A stretch of DNA of 64,000 bases from contig NC_043000.1 of NCBI RefSeq assembly GCF_006345805.1, positions 85,808,001 to 85,872,000 of the forward strand, given 5' to 3'. The stretch comes from Octopus sinensis. Lineage: Eukaryota. Made by a program: the position numbers and the translations under genes. Each line of letters starts with the position of its first letter. Position 1 is the stretch's first letter. Below the pieces are notes generated by a model that saw only the letters and a list, made by a program, of their open reading frames with translations, was not told the DNA's origin and did not search any database. Shown piece by piece: positions 1 through 13,564 of the stretch.

Positions 1-1170
1 TATTCTATCATTCAGTGCTAAATAATATTACATTTTCTTTACTGTCAAACCCATTGGAAGACCTGTTACCTTCTAGAATTAGATTTACTTCCCAACACCA
101 ACATTCAGTTGTGGCATGAAAGCAGTATGTAGTTTTCCAGTTTGACTCAAACAAATATTGTACTATATTGTACCTAAATTTGTTCTCTGTAACCTGTACT
201 CTGTACCACTTAATATGGTACTGTGCTCCAACATAAATTTATTCTATCTTTAACTCTTACACTACACCACTTCATATGCTATGCCTGAACAAAGAATTTA
301 AAATTTCTAAAAGTAGACTTCTTTTGCTTAATTCCAATTAAACAAAACATTTGAATTGACATCCCTGTTCAAATAATTTTATGTTTTGCTCCTCTTCAGT
401 TACTAACATTTGCTTTGTTCCTGTGGAGTTTTTCTTTTTCATTTGCACAATTAATTTTTCTTAACATTTTATTTTCTTTTATATTTTTTCATTCAGTTAA
501 TTATTTTTTTATTTTTACCCCTATAATTTCCTCAGGATTATTTTCTGTTTTAATGTTTATTTAATGTAGTGTAGTACATATTCCTCTTCAAAAATAAACC
601 AAACAACTTTTAATCTTAATTTATTTTTTACAGTTTATTTATTTTCCAATTAAACATTTATATTCTTGATGCTCTTATCTAAAATTTTTGTTTGCTCTGT
701 AAAGAACAGTTGTTTACTTATATTTTGTGTATGCTACTTATAAAGCATGTGCATATTTGAGAGAGTGTAGGTAGGTGACTTTTTTTTTTTAATATGTTAA
801 AATTGGGTTGAGTTCAGATTTAATACTTGATTTCTTTTCTAAGTTTTGAATTTATAGATTAAAAAAAAAATTCATTTGGTAACATTTTCCACAATCACAT
901 GGGGGAACAACTCTTCCTCTCTTTGGTCTATACCATTATAGATTAGTGAAAACCTATTGCTAATATGTTTATGGAGTGACACCAAAGCTATGTAGAGGTC
1001 TTGGAATAGCCTTGTGTTTTAAATTAGATATTTCCTAATATTTTGTTTATTTAGAATTTTAAATAAAGGTCAATGACAATCAGTGAGTATACATTTGTAT
1101 CAATCTTAAAGATAAAAAGTTAAAATTTGTTTGGACTAAAATAACTTCCTGAATTTTAATTTTCTTTCAG

Positions 1171-1221
1171 TGAAATGATTCGAGAATTGATGGATCCAAT
1201 GTTTTTAGAACATGATGCTTA
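1171..1221 (+). CDS. TBC1D5: TBC1D5 internal exon (Rab-GAP TBC domain); upstream exons lie outside the window
   Basis: tttcag acceptor and gtgagt donor; encodes EMIRELMDPMFLEHDAY, matching the TBC1D5 LEHDAY motif; phase joins the next exon. Confidence 0.9.
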
Positions 1222-1739
1222 GTGAGTATTGTATCTTATTTTGGTATTTCTGTTGCTTTAAGAATAACAACTCATTAATTTTAGCATCCCCTTTTTTTAA
1301 TCATGTTACAATGGTACACACGTTTAAATAGCTTAATGGATAAGTTATGTTGACTTTCAGTTCATAGGCCTTCATTTAATCATATCTGTGTGAATTTCAT
1401 TGTGTAACCTTGTTTTCAATGACAAATGCCAGATCTTGTAGAATATTGTCTCATGAACTGGTGGTCAAATTCAGAAGAAATATGATAGTTATCCAAATTA
1501 TTCAATTGATCTGAATAAAATGGTAAAGGCTTATTGCTGTAAGAGATAGGTAAAAAATTAAATTACCTTTTCCACATTGTTGGATTCCATTATATCTACC
1601 ATGGAAAGAAGGCAAAGTAATTTCTGAAGGAATTTCAAATTGGAATGAAATACAATTCCACTGCCTCGCATTCTTTAAATAATCATCAATTCACTTCTTG
1701 TTCCTTAATAATATTATTTTAAATATTTCTGTTCTTTAG

Positions 1740-1809
1740 TGCTATGTTCTGTCAGGTAATGGCAACAGTAGAACCTTGGTATACAACCAAAGATGCTCCA
1801 ACACCTAAA
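1740..1809 (+). CDS. TBC1D5: TBC1D5 exon
   Basis: ctttag / gtaagt; AMFCQVMATVEPWYTTKDAPTPK, continuing in phase. Confidence 0.9.
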
Positions 1810-2287
1810 GTAAGTTAAATTTATTTTTTCATTTTTATTTCATTTAGTTAATGGTCATTTATTTTTATGGGTAGCTTCATTTCTAGCTTTTAGTTTCACT
1901 TGCAGGTTTCCATTCTCTATTCCTTTAATCACTATCTAAATTTATTGACTACATTTAAGATTATTTAAAATATTCTTTTAATTTGGATTTCCTGGAAAAT
2001 TCTAACATTTTAATGCTTTGATCTTCATCTGCATATAACAATGCTGCATAGAAACTTTAGTTCAGTTTTGAGAGCAGTATGAAGAGGAGAAAAAACATTA
2101 TGCAGAGGGGAGAGAGGAGAACAGTTTGCATGGGGTGGAGAAGAAAGTAAGTTACTCTGATTGTCACTACAATATTTCTTGAGAAATCTAAAATAAGAGG
2201 GAAGAGTTTAAGTTGAAATATCATTCTATTTTTTGTGAAGAAAAAGTTTAATAGAGAATATTCGTAATTTATTTTGATTCCTTACAG

Positions 2288-2457
2288 GGTAAAGATATTT
2301 TTAATGTGCAACCATTTGCTAGGCCTCAAGATTTGAATCCTTCCAATGTCATAATTACCAAACTTACTCGAATTCAAGATTATATCTTAAAAAAATATGA
2401 CGTGGAGTTACATTTACATCTTGAACGACTGGAAATAGTCCCACAAATTTATGGAAT
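2288..2457 (+). CDS. TBC1D5: TBC1D5 exon (TBC domain)
   Basis: ttacag / gtaagt; GKDIFNVQPFARPQDL...ELHLHLERLEIVPQIYGI, typical of TBC1D5. Confidence 0.93.
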
Positions 2458-2994
2458 GTAAGTTTTGAACCATTCTCTTTATATATAATTGCTATGTTGA
2501 TGATATATGATGTATAGGGAAACAAATTGTTACAGGATCTCATACACAGTTTTGAAAGATGTAACAAAGTGTATTTACTGTTTTATATTAATCTTCTTAG
2601 AAGATAGAAGTAGCAGCTTTTATTTTTATTTATTTATTTATTAAATATTTAATTAATCTGTTGTGTATATGCACACACACATCTTGTGGGTGAAATTGGT
2701 TGATGGAAACAACAAAACCTGCTGGATATGTATGTGTCTGTGTGAATGTTTACATTCACACAGACAAATTGTCCATAGTTCCTGCACTTGCAAAAATAAG
2801 TGGAATGAAAAATTCACTATGTTAGGCTTTGCATTTATATGTATTCATTTGACAAGGTAGTTTCCATTAGTTTCTATTACTTGAATTGGAATCTACCAAG
2901 TTAGGAAATAATAAAAGGTAAAACAGATGAGCAAAATTACAAATGCTATATTTTATCTTTAGATCACTGAAAAGAAATTCATCCACACTTAGTA

Positions 2995-3440
2995 ATCATC
3001 ATCTTCATTATCATCATTTTAATGTCCACTGTTTCACACTTGTCTGGGGTCTAACGAAATTTGTTGAGGCAGATTTTCTATAGCCCAATGCTCTTCTTGT
3101 TGCCAACCCTTACCTATTTTGAATAAGGTAATATTTTCCTTAGTCTTTTCAATATAACCAGCACAATGGCTGGACACAATTTCTAAGAAGACTATAAACA
3201 AATAACATCACTTGTTGGACAATAATGTCCTGTTTACAAGTAGCACACAATATCAAATAAGGATACACAAACACATGGCCTCTTCTGCATATATGACAAA
3301 CTTCTTTCAGTTTCTGTATATTAAATTCACTCACAAGACTTTAATTAACTTGGAGCTATAGTGGAAGTCAGTTGTTAAAGGTGCCATGCAATGGTACTGA
3401 AGATGAAGCCACATGATTGGGGAGTGAAATTCTTTACCAC
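2995..3440 (-). mobile_element. tRNA-derived SINE with (GAT)n tail (octopus OR-type family); further copies at about 5785-6140, 36625-37000, 40635-40980, 41920-42290, 46060-46290
   Basis: Recurrent module catcattttaatgtccac...ttgaggcagattttc...ccacatggttggga; tRNA-like A/B-box head on the minus strand. Confidence 0.7.
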
Positions 3441-3599
3441 ATATTTTGTTGTTTTCAAATAATTCTTTTTGTAAGATAGAATTCTAATCTTTGAACCCAT
3501 ATGGTTTGCATCAATTTCTGAAACTCAATTCATTCATACAATTTCACATTTTAAAAAGATTTTAGTTTCAATTTCATCCCATGATTTTGTATCTTTCAG

Positions 3600-3742
3600 T
3601 CGCTGGGTGAGACTTCTATTTGGCAGAGAGTTTCCAATGCAAGATCTATTAATGCTGTGGGATGCCATTTTTTCTGATGGAATTGGCTTTGATCTAGTTG
3701 ATTATGTATTTGTCAGCATGTTGCTATACGTACGTGATCTAT
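3600..3742 (+). CDS. TBC1D5: TBC1D5 exon (TBC domain, RWxRLLFGREF motif)
   Basis: tttcag / gtaagt; RWVRLLFGREFPMQDLLMLWDAIFSDGIGFDLVDYVFVSMLLYVRDL. Confidence 0.95.
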
Positions 3743-3819
3743 GTAAGTCTATTTCTTCTTCTTTCAATCAGAATAATTATGAAATGGCATTTAAATGCTA
3801 TGTTTTATAACAATGTGTT

Positions 3820-3855
<36 letters not shown>

Positions 3856-5633
3856 AAACAAAACTGGAGAATGGAGAGTTGGTTTATAAATTATTTATGT
3901 CATCTTGCACATGTTTTGATGAAGATAACGGTTGAATTCTGCAATCTGGGTTAGATAAGATTTGTAGGTCATCACTTCACCAGTTTTTTTTTCTTTATCC
4001 CCTTTCTTATATATAAAGAAAAGCTGGCCAGTATCACACCTTTTGGTGTGAATTGCTGATGAAGTGAAGATTTACAAAACTTTTCTGGATTGCATAATTC
4101 TGCCATTATCTTTTCTGAAATGTGTAGAATGATGTAATTAATTTATGAACTGACTTCCGAGTTTTTTCCCCTATATATACTCTGCAATCTTTCTAAATTT
4201 TAACTTCAGTTTTCTCTTTCAATGTATAAAGATACACACAGAGTTTTAAATACTGGTTTATGTCATGCAATTTAACTCACACTATACAATTATATAGTCT
4301 GCAAAATTAATCAAAAGAGAACTACTTGCACATTTACACAGAAGGAGAGTTCTCTATTGGTATTGATCATATATATATATATATATATTAAACCTGATAT
4401 ATATTAAAGCTGCAAAATTATCACAGAACTCAGTTTCACATTCCTGCTCATCACACAGTGGTAATGAAAACTCATCACAACTGTCCGAATGAGAATGTGA
4501 AACTCTGAGTAACAATTCTGTGATAATTTGGCAGCAAAAGGCATTTTACCCTACCTTTGGTATTTGAGTACTATTTTTTCTTCCTTGTTTTACACTTATG
4601 TGGTCGCCTCTGTGTGTGCGTATAATATGAATAAATTCTTTTTTTTTTAATATCTTTAAGCCTACACACAAAGCTATTAATAATAGCCTGTAAATATTGG
4701 GTTGAAAATCTTTTTTGGATTGAAAAATTTGAAGGCTGCTTGTGGGACTTGAACCATATTAGAATGCTTGTCATGTTTACAAATGTGGGTTTGAGACCTA
4801 CGAGCAGCCTTCAATTTTTCACATCCAAAAAGGATTTTCAACACAATATTTACATGCTATTTATTTATAGCTTTGTGTGTGTGCTTTGAGATATTCCAAA
4901 AAAGAATTCATGTTCTCTTGAATGTTTATAAAATTCTTATGAATGCAACTGTGTGTGCGTGCGTGCTCATATTTGTATTTAATTAGTAGCTGGGTAATTA
5001 TTCATTATGTAACTGATGTTTGCTTCACCATGATTTGGCTCTTCAAGTATTACTTTATTATTTTGTTTTCCATTTATTTATGTTGCCACTTCAAAACACA
5101 AACGAAAGTCATTTGTTTTCACTAATTTTGAATTGCACTATATGCTTCATTGCCAGTTATATTAGTGTTATTACTGTGTGTGTGTGTTATTTCTACATGT
5201 ATGATTAAGCATGTGCACAACATTATAAACACAGAAATTATAACACTAACATAACAAGCAATGAAAACATCATGCAATTCAAAAATAGAGATAACAACCT
5301 CCTTTATTTTCATTTGTATTTTTAAGAAGCAACTTAAATGGATTACAAAGTAATATCTGAAGAGTTGAATCACAAGGAAACCAATGTAGTGATCAACTGT
5401 CCAGTGTGTATATGTGTGTGTTTATACATACACACACACACAAGTAATCCAAAAAATAAAACAATATGTTTTGAGCAAAGCTCTTCTTCAGAAACAGGAG
5501 ACAGAGGAAAGTCTAAGAGAAAAGGAAAACGGAGGAAAAACACACACACATACACACAGATATATTTATACATACTGCTCCTTATTATTATAGCTTATGA
5601 TAAAAAAATATTCATTTTCTTGAATAATTGTAG

Positions 5634-5740
5634 TACTAACCAGTGATTATCCAAACTGTATGAACACTTTAATGCGATACCCTCCTGTTGGTGATGTACA
5701 TTATTTTGTTGACAAGGCCCTTTATCTGCGAGAACCAAAT
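5634..5740 (+). CDS. TBC1D5: TBC1D5 exon (end of TBC domain)
   Basis: ttgtag / gtaagt; LLTSDYPNCMNTLMRYPPVGDVHYFVDKALYLREPN; phase 1 in, phase 0 out. Confidence 0.92.
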
Positions 5741-6753
5741 GTAAGTATTTGAAACCTGTTTGTTCATAATTTCTTTAGAATGTCATTGTTTAACATCCAC
5801 TTTTCCATACTTGCACTTGTCGATGGAAATCATCGAGGCAGATGTCTTTTCTGTTGTCAACCCCTATCTGTTTTCAAGCAAGATAATAATTTCTCTTTGA
5901 TCTGACATGTTTTTTTACAGAAGACTGAAAACATCACTTCTATAATTGTGATGACTGTTCACAACGATCATGTGATGTCAAGACAAGGGTACACCTATGC
6001 AAACATACACACACACATACATAATAGACTCACTTCAGTTTTTGCTTAGCATTTATAAGATTTGGTCAGCCTGGGACTATAATAGAATACACTTTTCTAA
6101 GGTTCAGTGGGACTGTACTTGAGACCACATGGTTGGGAAGCTTACTATGTAAACAGTAAAAAATACCAGTAATGAAAGTTTTTATTAAACCTAAAACATT
6201 TATCTAGTTTTGTTATTCTTGATATAAAATGAATGTTGTTACTCAGCATGACCTGATTGGATAGTGGTTCTGATAGAAATTTTGTGAATCAGTTTATTTA
6301 TTTATAACCAAGTTATATATACCTACATATATGTATGTGTGTGACATGTGGAATAACTATATGCTTTGCATTTATATTGTACAATATCAGTGAAACCCAG
6401 ATTATGAACATCTAAGTTTTAATGTTTCTCTAGAAATAGTAATACTCTCTGGTATATCTACCCTGTTGATCTCTTTAAATAAAATTCAAGACTGGAATGA
6501 AAAGCCCTACTTTAGTCTTTTCTAATTTTATGTGGTTGTCTAATGGAATGTTGTGAAAGTTGTAATGATTTAGTCATGTCCTGCATATGAATGAGTAGAG
6601 GTAGTCAAAGGTGACACTCAATATGTCCAAAGGACATATATATACACACACTCAGCTGGTAAAAATGAGTTGTAGCTGTAATTGAAAGGGGCCAGCCTTG
6701 TCACATTCTGTGTGAGGCTGGATTTCCCTGAGAATTACATTAATGGTATGCAT

Positions 6754-6995
6754 TAAAAAAAAAAAAAAGCAAGCTGGCAGAAACGTAAGCACGCCGGGCA
6801 AAATGTGTAGCCGTATTTCGTCTGCCGTTACGTTCTGAGTTCAAATTCCGCCGAGGTCGACTTTGCCTTTCATCTTTTTGGGGTCAATAAATTAAGTACC
6901 AGTTACACACTGGGGTCGATGTAATCGACTTAATCCATTTGTCTGTCCTAGTTTGTCCCCTCTGTGTTTAGCCCCTTGTGGGTAGCAAAGAAATA
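6754..6995 (+). mobile_element. Young tRNA-derived SINE with Nin-like central domain (octopus OK-type), nested in an older SINE (about 6650-7095)
   Basis: gctggcagaa...gagttcaaattcc B-box...gcctttcatc...aagtaccag; 9-bp target duplication GGTATGCAT at 6745-6753 and 6996-7004; CpGs retained. Confidence 0.85.
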
Positions 6996-8533
6996 GGTAT
7001 GCATGTCTGTGGAGTACTCATCCACTTGTGAGTTAATTTTTCAAGCAGACTGTTCCCTTGATCAGATAAACAGGAACCTTGTAACTGACGGAGTGCCATT
7101 TTTAAAAAAGAGTGGAAAAGGATATGTTCCATATCATTAGGCAAAAATGTCATGTGTTTAGTATAAGCAGTGAAAGCTAAGATGAAATAATTGCTATTCT
7201 GTCATGTAGTGACTTCACCCTCGACTCGTGCTCAGTTTAATAACAGCCTGTTTAATAACTGTTTATCTGGAGGTTTGACCTCCAGATCTGTAAGACCCAC
7301 AAATGCTGCTGTCAGGACCGGATTAAGATCCATAGTGACCCTAATGACTAAAATGATTTTCCTGCCCCTATATTGAATCTTTTTTCATTTTCTTTCAACC
7401 ACTTGAAGGTTTATCTTGCTCTAGTCCACTCAGCTGGCCAAAATGAGTTGTAGCTGTAATTCAAAGAGTCCAGCCTTATCACATTCTGTGTGAGGCCGAA
7501 TTTTGCTGAGAACTATGTTAATGGTATGCATCTCTGTGGAGTACTCAATCACTTGTGCGTTAATTTTATCCTGTTTGGTAATGAAAAGTGAAAGTGACAT
7601 TCAATATTTGCTGTAGTTATTTGTCTTTGATTTAGCAATGTGTCTATGTATCAGTTTACTCTGAAAATACTGATAAACATTTAAAAACGCAACAAGGAAT
7701 GCCACCTTGCTTTCAGTCACCACTCACTGTCTCGCTCACTCTTTCTCTTTTACTTCCTTTCTGTCCCTCCCCTCTCTTCTGTTTAACACTTTTTATTTCT
7801 CTTATTCTTTGTACCTTGCCCTTCAACCTTTTTACCTCTTCCTTTGAAGTGTGACACACACCACAGGTATGTACGTACAAAAACAAAACATTAGAGTATT
7901 ATTGATAATCTTTGTCTTTAATTCATTAAAAGAAGAATAACTCAGATTTTACTCATTAGACTTAGGTTGTTTAATAACATAAAGGTTTGACAACTCTCTT
8001 TGTAATTCCTCATTGAAATGGAAGCTTCCAGAAATAACTTTATTCATATCAAATCAAAGAAATGTTGGATTTTAATTTTAGATTTTTGCTAGTTTTTTAA
8101 AAATTCAAAATCAAAAAAAATTTGATGCAGTTAACCAAAATTTTTTTTTTTTTACATATCCTTTCTACTGGAGGCAGAAGACCTCAAATTTTGGTGGGGA
8201 CTAATCTATTACATTGACCCCTGTTTTTCACTGGTACTAAATTTATCCTGGAAGGATGAATGACAATGTCAACCTCTGTGAAATTTGAACTCAGAATGTA
8301 GTGGCAGATGAAGTACTGTTAAGTATTTCATCCAGCATGTAAATGATTCTGCCAGCTTGCTGCCTTACATTCAATTAATAATAAATTAATGGTAATCAAT
8401 TTAGTTTATTTGAAAATCATGCAGTTAAGTAACAGTGTGTAATTGACTGCACTAACTTTTAGTCTTTCATGAACAACAAAATACTTAAATCTGATATAAT
8501 GGTCAAAATTGTTTTTAAAACTATTTTATGCAG

Positions 8534-8600
8534 CAATATCCTAAACCTCCAGCTTACAGTTACCAAACGGTCAACCAAGCCCAGCCTAGCAGAAATAAAG
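8534..8600 (+). CDS. TBC1D5: TBC1D5 exon
   Basis: atgcag / gtatgt; QYPKPPAYSYQTVNQAQPSRNK; phases fit both neighbours. Confidence 0.82.
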
Positions 8601-11488
8601 GTATGTTAAGAAACAATTTATGAAATTTTTGTTTTTAAATTTTCTATTGTATATAATCGGGTTTCTTTTTGTGATGCGTTAAAAAGCAAGCAAAAAGAAA
8701 AAAAAAAAATTTCATGTACACACATAGCTTTCCTCTACTGACTTAATTCAAAATATGTTTTATTTTTAAATTGGTTTATGTATGCTTAACAACGAATTTT
8801 TATACTTTTATTTAAGTACCTTAAAAATATACAATCTATAGAAATGTGTATCACCACAAAATGATATGAGAATCTGTTGTTTATGATCCATAAATATGTA
8901 TACAATGTTGAGTAGAATTAGATAGTGACTACAATTTAGTAATTGGCTTTGTTTTGCATTTTTTTTTTTTAATGAAATGACTTTTGGCATAAATTGTCTT
9001 TATTTTCTTAATGATAACTGTTAATATTTAAATATAAAATATATCTATTTGAATTTAAAGCTACTACTAGTAACTAAGTATTAATACTTAATCTTAGATT
9101 TGCTTAGCTATATTTGATTTTAAATTTATTGAAATGCTATGGATTCTGTTTAGAAAAAACTCTGAGACAGATTATAATATTGTTTACAGTTTTTAGTTTC
9201 ATCTGTTTTCAACAAAGTCTGTGAATCAGTTAACCAGTCAACTTCAAATGGAAAAGTTGTTACATTCTTGGAGATTGGAACTTTTAAGTGATTGAAACTT
9301 GTCATTCTAAAAAACTAAATCTTTAGTTTTGGAAATTAATTTTTTCTTGGCATTAATGTTATAACCTAAAATTTTTTAAGAAAAAAAAAAGTTATAGTTT
9401 TGTTTTATTAATTGTTTTGCTTGCTTGTTCTTCAACTAATCATGCTAACTTGCCTTCTAGTCATCATCATCCTTATGTTGCTAGATCCTCACATCTGTGA
9501 AGATACATGGTCTAGTAGTTTGCACTCATAATTGCAAAATCATGGTTTCAATTCCTAGACTGGGTGATGCATTGTGTTATTGAGCAAAAACACTTCATCT
9601 CACATTACTCTGCAATCACTTTGACACCTGATGTGTGGTACACTGTGCACCTGTTCAGGTAACATCGATTTGATGGAGGGAGGGAGCTAATGTACAGCAC
9701 ATTTTTTATCATTATAAACAAATCATTTGTTGAATATTTATATGGTCATCTTCAACGTGAGTGTCTATCATGTTACTAGATGCTCTTGATGAGGTTTTTA
9801 ATTCCTGGGTGAAATTAAAAAGCTGCCTAGTAATTTGTTGATGTCTCTCTTGCACACGTTTTGCAAATTTGAGAAGTTCTTTCAGTATCTACATTTCCTA
9901 TTAGAGACCTCAATACTAAAAACAAGTTACTGATTGACCATCAGTTATTGGTTAATCTGATTATTCTAAAGGCATCATCATTTGTACTCTTCATTAAAGT
10001 AACATTTTCCCTAACTTTGCATGGATTAATGTGCCACTTTGTTAAAATATGCAGTTTTAGTGATACAGTAAACCATCTTACAATTCATATGTCAGTACTT
10101 TATAATGTTATATATTTTAAATTGTTAGAATATCAAACACAATTGTTAAAAAAAAGAAGCTGTATTGAGAAATAATTTTAAATCATTTTATGAGCCTATT
10201 CCTCATGAAATATACAACTTTCTATTCATGTTAAAAATAATCAAGAATTTTGACAGGTTCAGGAAGTGATGTTTTTCATTATTAAGCTGTGTATTTGGTG
10301 AATAAATGGATTTTTTATAAAATTATGGTGGAAGATTTTAATTTAAATATAAATATTTTAAATTAGAAGATTTTGTATCTTAGAACTAGAGTTCTCAAAA
10401 CATGTCCCAAAAAGGGTTGAATAGGACAACATGCGATTGATTTCAAATTTTGGTACAAGGTCACCAATTTCTAGTTGGTGAATATGTCAATTACATCAAT
10501 GCCAGTGCTCAGCTGGTACTTATTTTATTGATCTTGAAAGAATGGAAGGCAAAGCTGACCTTGATGAAATTGGAACTTAGAACACAGACGGACAAAATGT
10601 TGTTAAGCATCTTGCCTGGTGTGCTAGCAATTCTGCCAGCTTGCCACCTTAACAAAAGATTGTATGTTTCCACAGAAACTGGTCAAGGCAAAAATTAAGG
10701 ACACGTTTCTAGATCCAATTAGTCTCTTTAGTGTATTGTTTTTCCTTTTAATCATATGGAAATACCACAGATATGTAACTTGTTAGTGTATATCTTCATA
10801 CCAATATCAGGTTATGATGTAAGATGATTTTAAGAAAATGGCCTTTGATGAATATTTTTGGTAATAATTTCAGAAATAGATAAGAAATATTTTAAAGTAT
10901 TATCTGAAACTAATTATTTCATCTGACTCAGCACGTTATGATTATTTTGTTGGAGAATCAGTTTCAGCATATTGTTGGTAATTATTTTATCCATATTCCT
11001 AGTTTTCAAATAACAACGTAGGAAATGTTGTTTAATCTCTGTGTGTGCAGCTTCATAATTAGTTGACTTCCATGAATCTGTTTGAAAAGCAATTATTTGC
11101 ATTCTTAACACTAACTGCTACTACTTACATTGTAATTTTCCTCAATATATTTAACCTTAATTTTAAAATAGTTACAAAAGGTTTAACCTGCTAACCTTAG
11201 ATGTACAAAATATCTGCCTTTATAGAAATTAGACTTATTTTAATATTGGGGACTTGTCATAATCTGTACAGAAACTGGCACCTTGTCTGAAGTTTGAGAG
11301 ATTTCACATTATGCTGTAGAAACAAAACAATATTTGCTTGTATTGAAAATATAACAAACTCCTAATAACCATTTTGCATAAATTGTTGATAACACAACGC
11401 TTTCTTTTTTTTTTTCTTAAAACAAAACCTATTAACATTTCTTTTCTGATCTGCTTTAACTATTTGCACTAACAACACTTGACTGCAG

Positions 11489-11665
11489 TTTCTACCAACA
11501 ACAATGCTTCAGCTAACAAATCTCGCAGCTCTGTGATGACTGGCTTTTCTTCCTTGACTCGTAAGATCAATAACCGTCCACGAACTCTCTCTGTAAGAAA
11601 TAGTCCAAAAAAAATGACCAAATCGTCCAGTGAGCCAATGAATCTTCAAACTGACATATCTCCAG
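11489..11665 (+). CDS. TBC1D5: TBC1D5 exon (Ser/Thr-rich linker)
   Basis: cactaac branch-like site, ctgcag acceptor, gtaaat donor; VSTNNNASANKSRSSV...QTDISP, phase 1/1. Confidence 0.82.
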
Positions 11666-12501
11666 GTAAATTTGCTATCTCTTGCAGTGCTACCATATTC
11701 CATGTGCTTTCAAATGCAATTAGAGAAGAAAATGTTCATGTTGGTTTTATTTCAGATGCTATTTACAAAAGAGATTCTGTGATTACAAGGCTAGTTAATA
11801 AAGGATTTTGGTTTCTGGATTTGTCATGTTGATGCCTCTGTTACAAATGTTTGGTAAATTCGAGAAGTTCCTTTCAATAGCTTCTCTTGGTAGTATGGCT
11901 CTCATTTTTGGCAAGTGTAGAAGTACCAGTTATTGTTTGAAAACATTTGCCATCATTTACCTCCAGTTATTGGTTAATAAACATTTACATATCTTAGAAA
12001 GTCTAACACTGCAGCTTTTAGAACAAGGATCATCTCATTGACTATTAATACTCAGTTTAGAGAACACCATAAGTAAAGCCAATACATATGTATAACCTTC
12101 CAGAAATACATAAACCTGAAGCCTGCCAAAGACCTAGCTTCAGATGCTGGTACTTAATATGCAATATTTTTTTTGGCCCTGAGTTTAGAAGTAAAGGTTC
12201 TTGTGTCCAGTACAGTCTGGTGCAATGTACAAATCCAGGAACAAAACACTTCATGACAATTGCAGGTTAGGCTAATTGAAACAGTGTATATGTATATATT
12301 GTTTCTTCTCTAAACATGTAGTTCATAGTTGTAAAATTTATAATATTGACTATAGTGTGTACTGCTCTAGTGCCTCTGTCTTATATGAAACTTACTTTAT
12401 ATGAAATTTTATAATGGTATACGCTCATCGTATCTGTGTGTGATTTACTGTGAAATATATATTGTCATATTTAAGTTGTTGTAATGACTTCTTCATTTCA
12501 G

Positions 12502-12722
12502 TTACCCCTCCTTGTCAAGAGAAGAGAGGATCAACTGCAAGCCTGTCCAAAGTAGAGGATACAATGCTGCGATCAACCCCTTCAGCATCAAGCTTAATGC
12601 CTCGTTCTGTGGCTTCTACTCCTGCTGGTTATAGTCCAGATGATAGTCATACTAGTAGTCCAACACGTTATGCTTCCTTGCCTTCAAAGGGACGAATGAA
12701 ATCAAAGAGAACCACAAGACAT
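12502..12722 (+). CDS. TBC1D5: TBC1D5 exon (Ser/Pro-rich linker)
   Basis: tttcag / gtaata; VTPPCQEKRGSTAS...MKSKRTTRH, phase 1/0. Confidence 0.82.
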
Positions 12723-13564
12723 GTAATATTTCTAATTTTTTTTCCTTTATTCATTTCTATTTTCTGTTGTTATTATTACTCAATAGTTTGGAGCAAGTTT
12801 GAGAAATATGGCTTTTGAACAGTCACTGAGAAGCAAATGACAAAAATAATTCAGATCCATGAGGGTTTATCAAAGCAGTTATTCATTTTAGTGTCTGTGT
12901 AGGATGGATAAAGGTTCCCAGTAAAGATGTCTTGTATGACAAGCCATTAAGATCTAAATTTATCGGTTTTTATTTTCATGGTATATATGAAAGACACATT
13001 TTCAAAAATATATCTGAAAGATTACCAAATTCTGTTGGAAAGACTACTTAGCCAGTGCTTCTCAGACTTTTTAAACTGTTGCTCTTTTTCTTTTACTAAC
13101 ATTTTTTTCAGTGCCCTCTTGCTAAGATCCAATGCTCCCCTCTCCATTTATGTATACATGATTTAGTTCTGGGTACTAGTCTGACTGCTTACCACAGCAC
13201 CACCCTACTATAAGTGAATATTATAAACATTAGGTGATCTATGTATGTATAAATATTTAAGCCTAAAAACTTTTTGCTGTTTATTTATTCACATTTCAAA
13301 ATTTATTATTATTGTTGACATTGCTGTAGTTAATGTGATTGTGGCCAACAAGCAGCCTATCTTAATATTTCAGTAAAAACTTTTTTTTAAGTTAATATTT
13401 GAACACAAGACGGACTTGAAAACTGTAGAGATGTATTTAGCATCTCATATTACCCCACTTTATTCCCAGTACCTGAATAAAATTTTACATTGTTCACCAA
13501 GGAGTAATATTGCATGAAGTATAGAAGATGTTGGGGATTTAGAAGTTATTAATATTGTAGTAAT

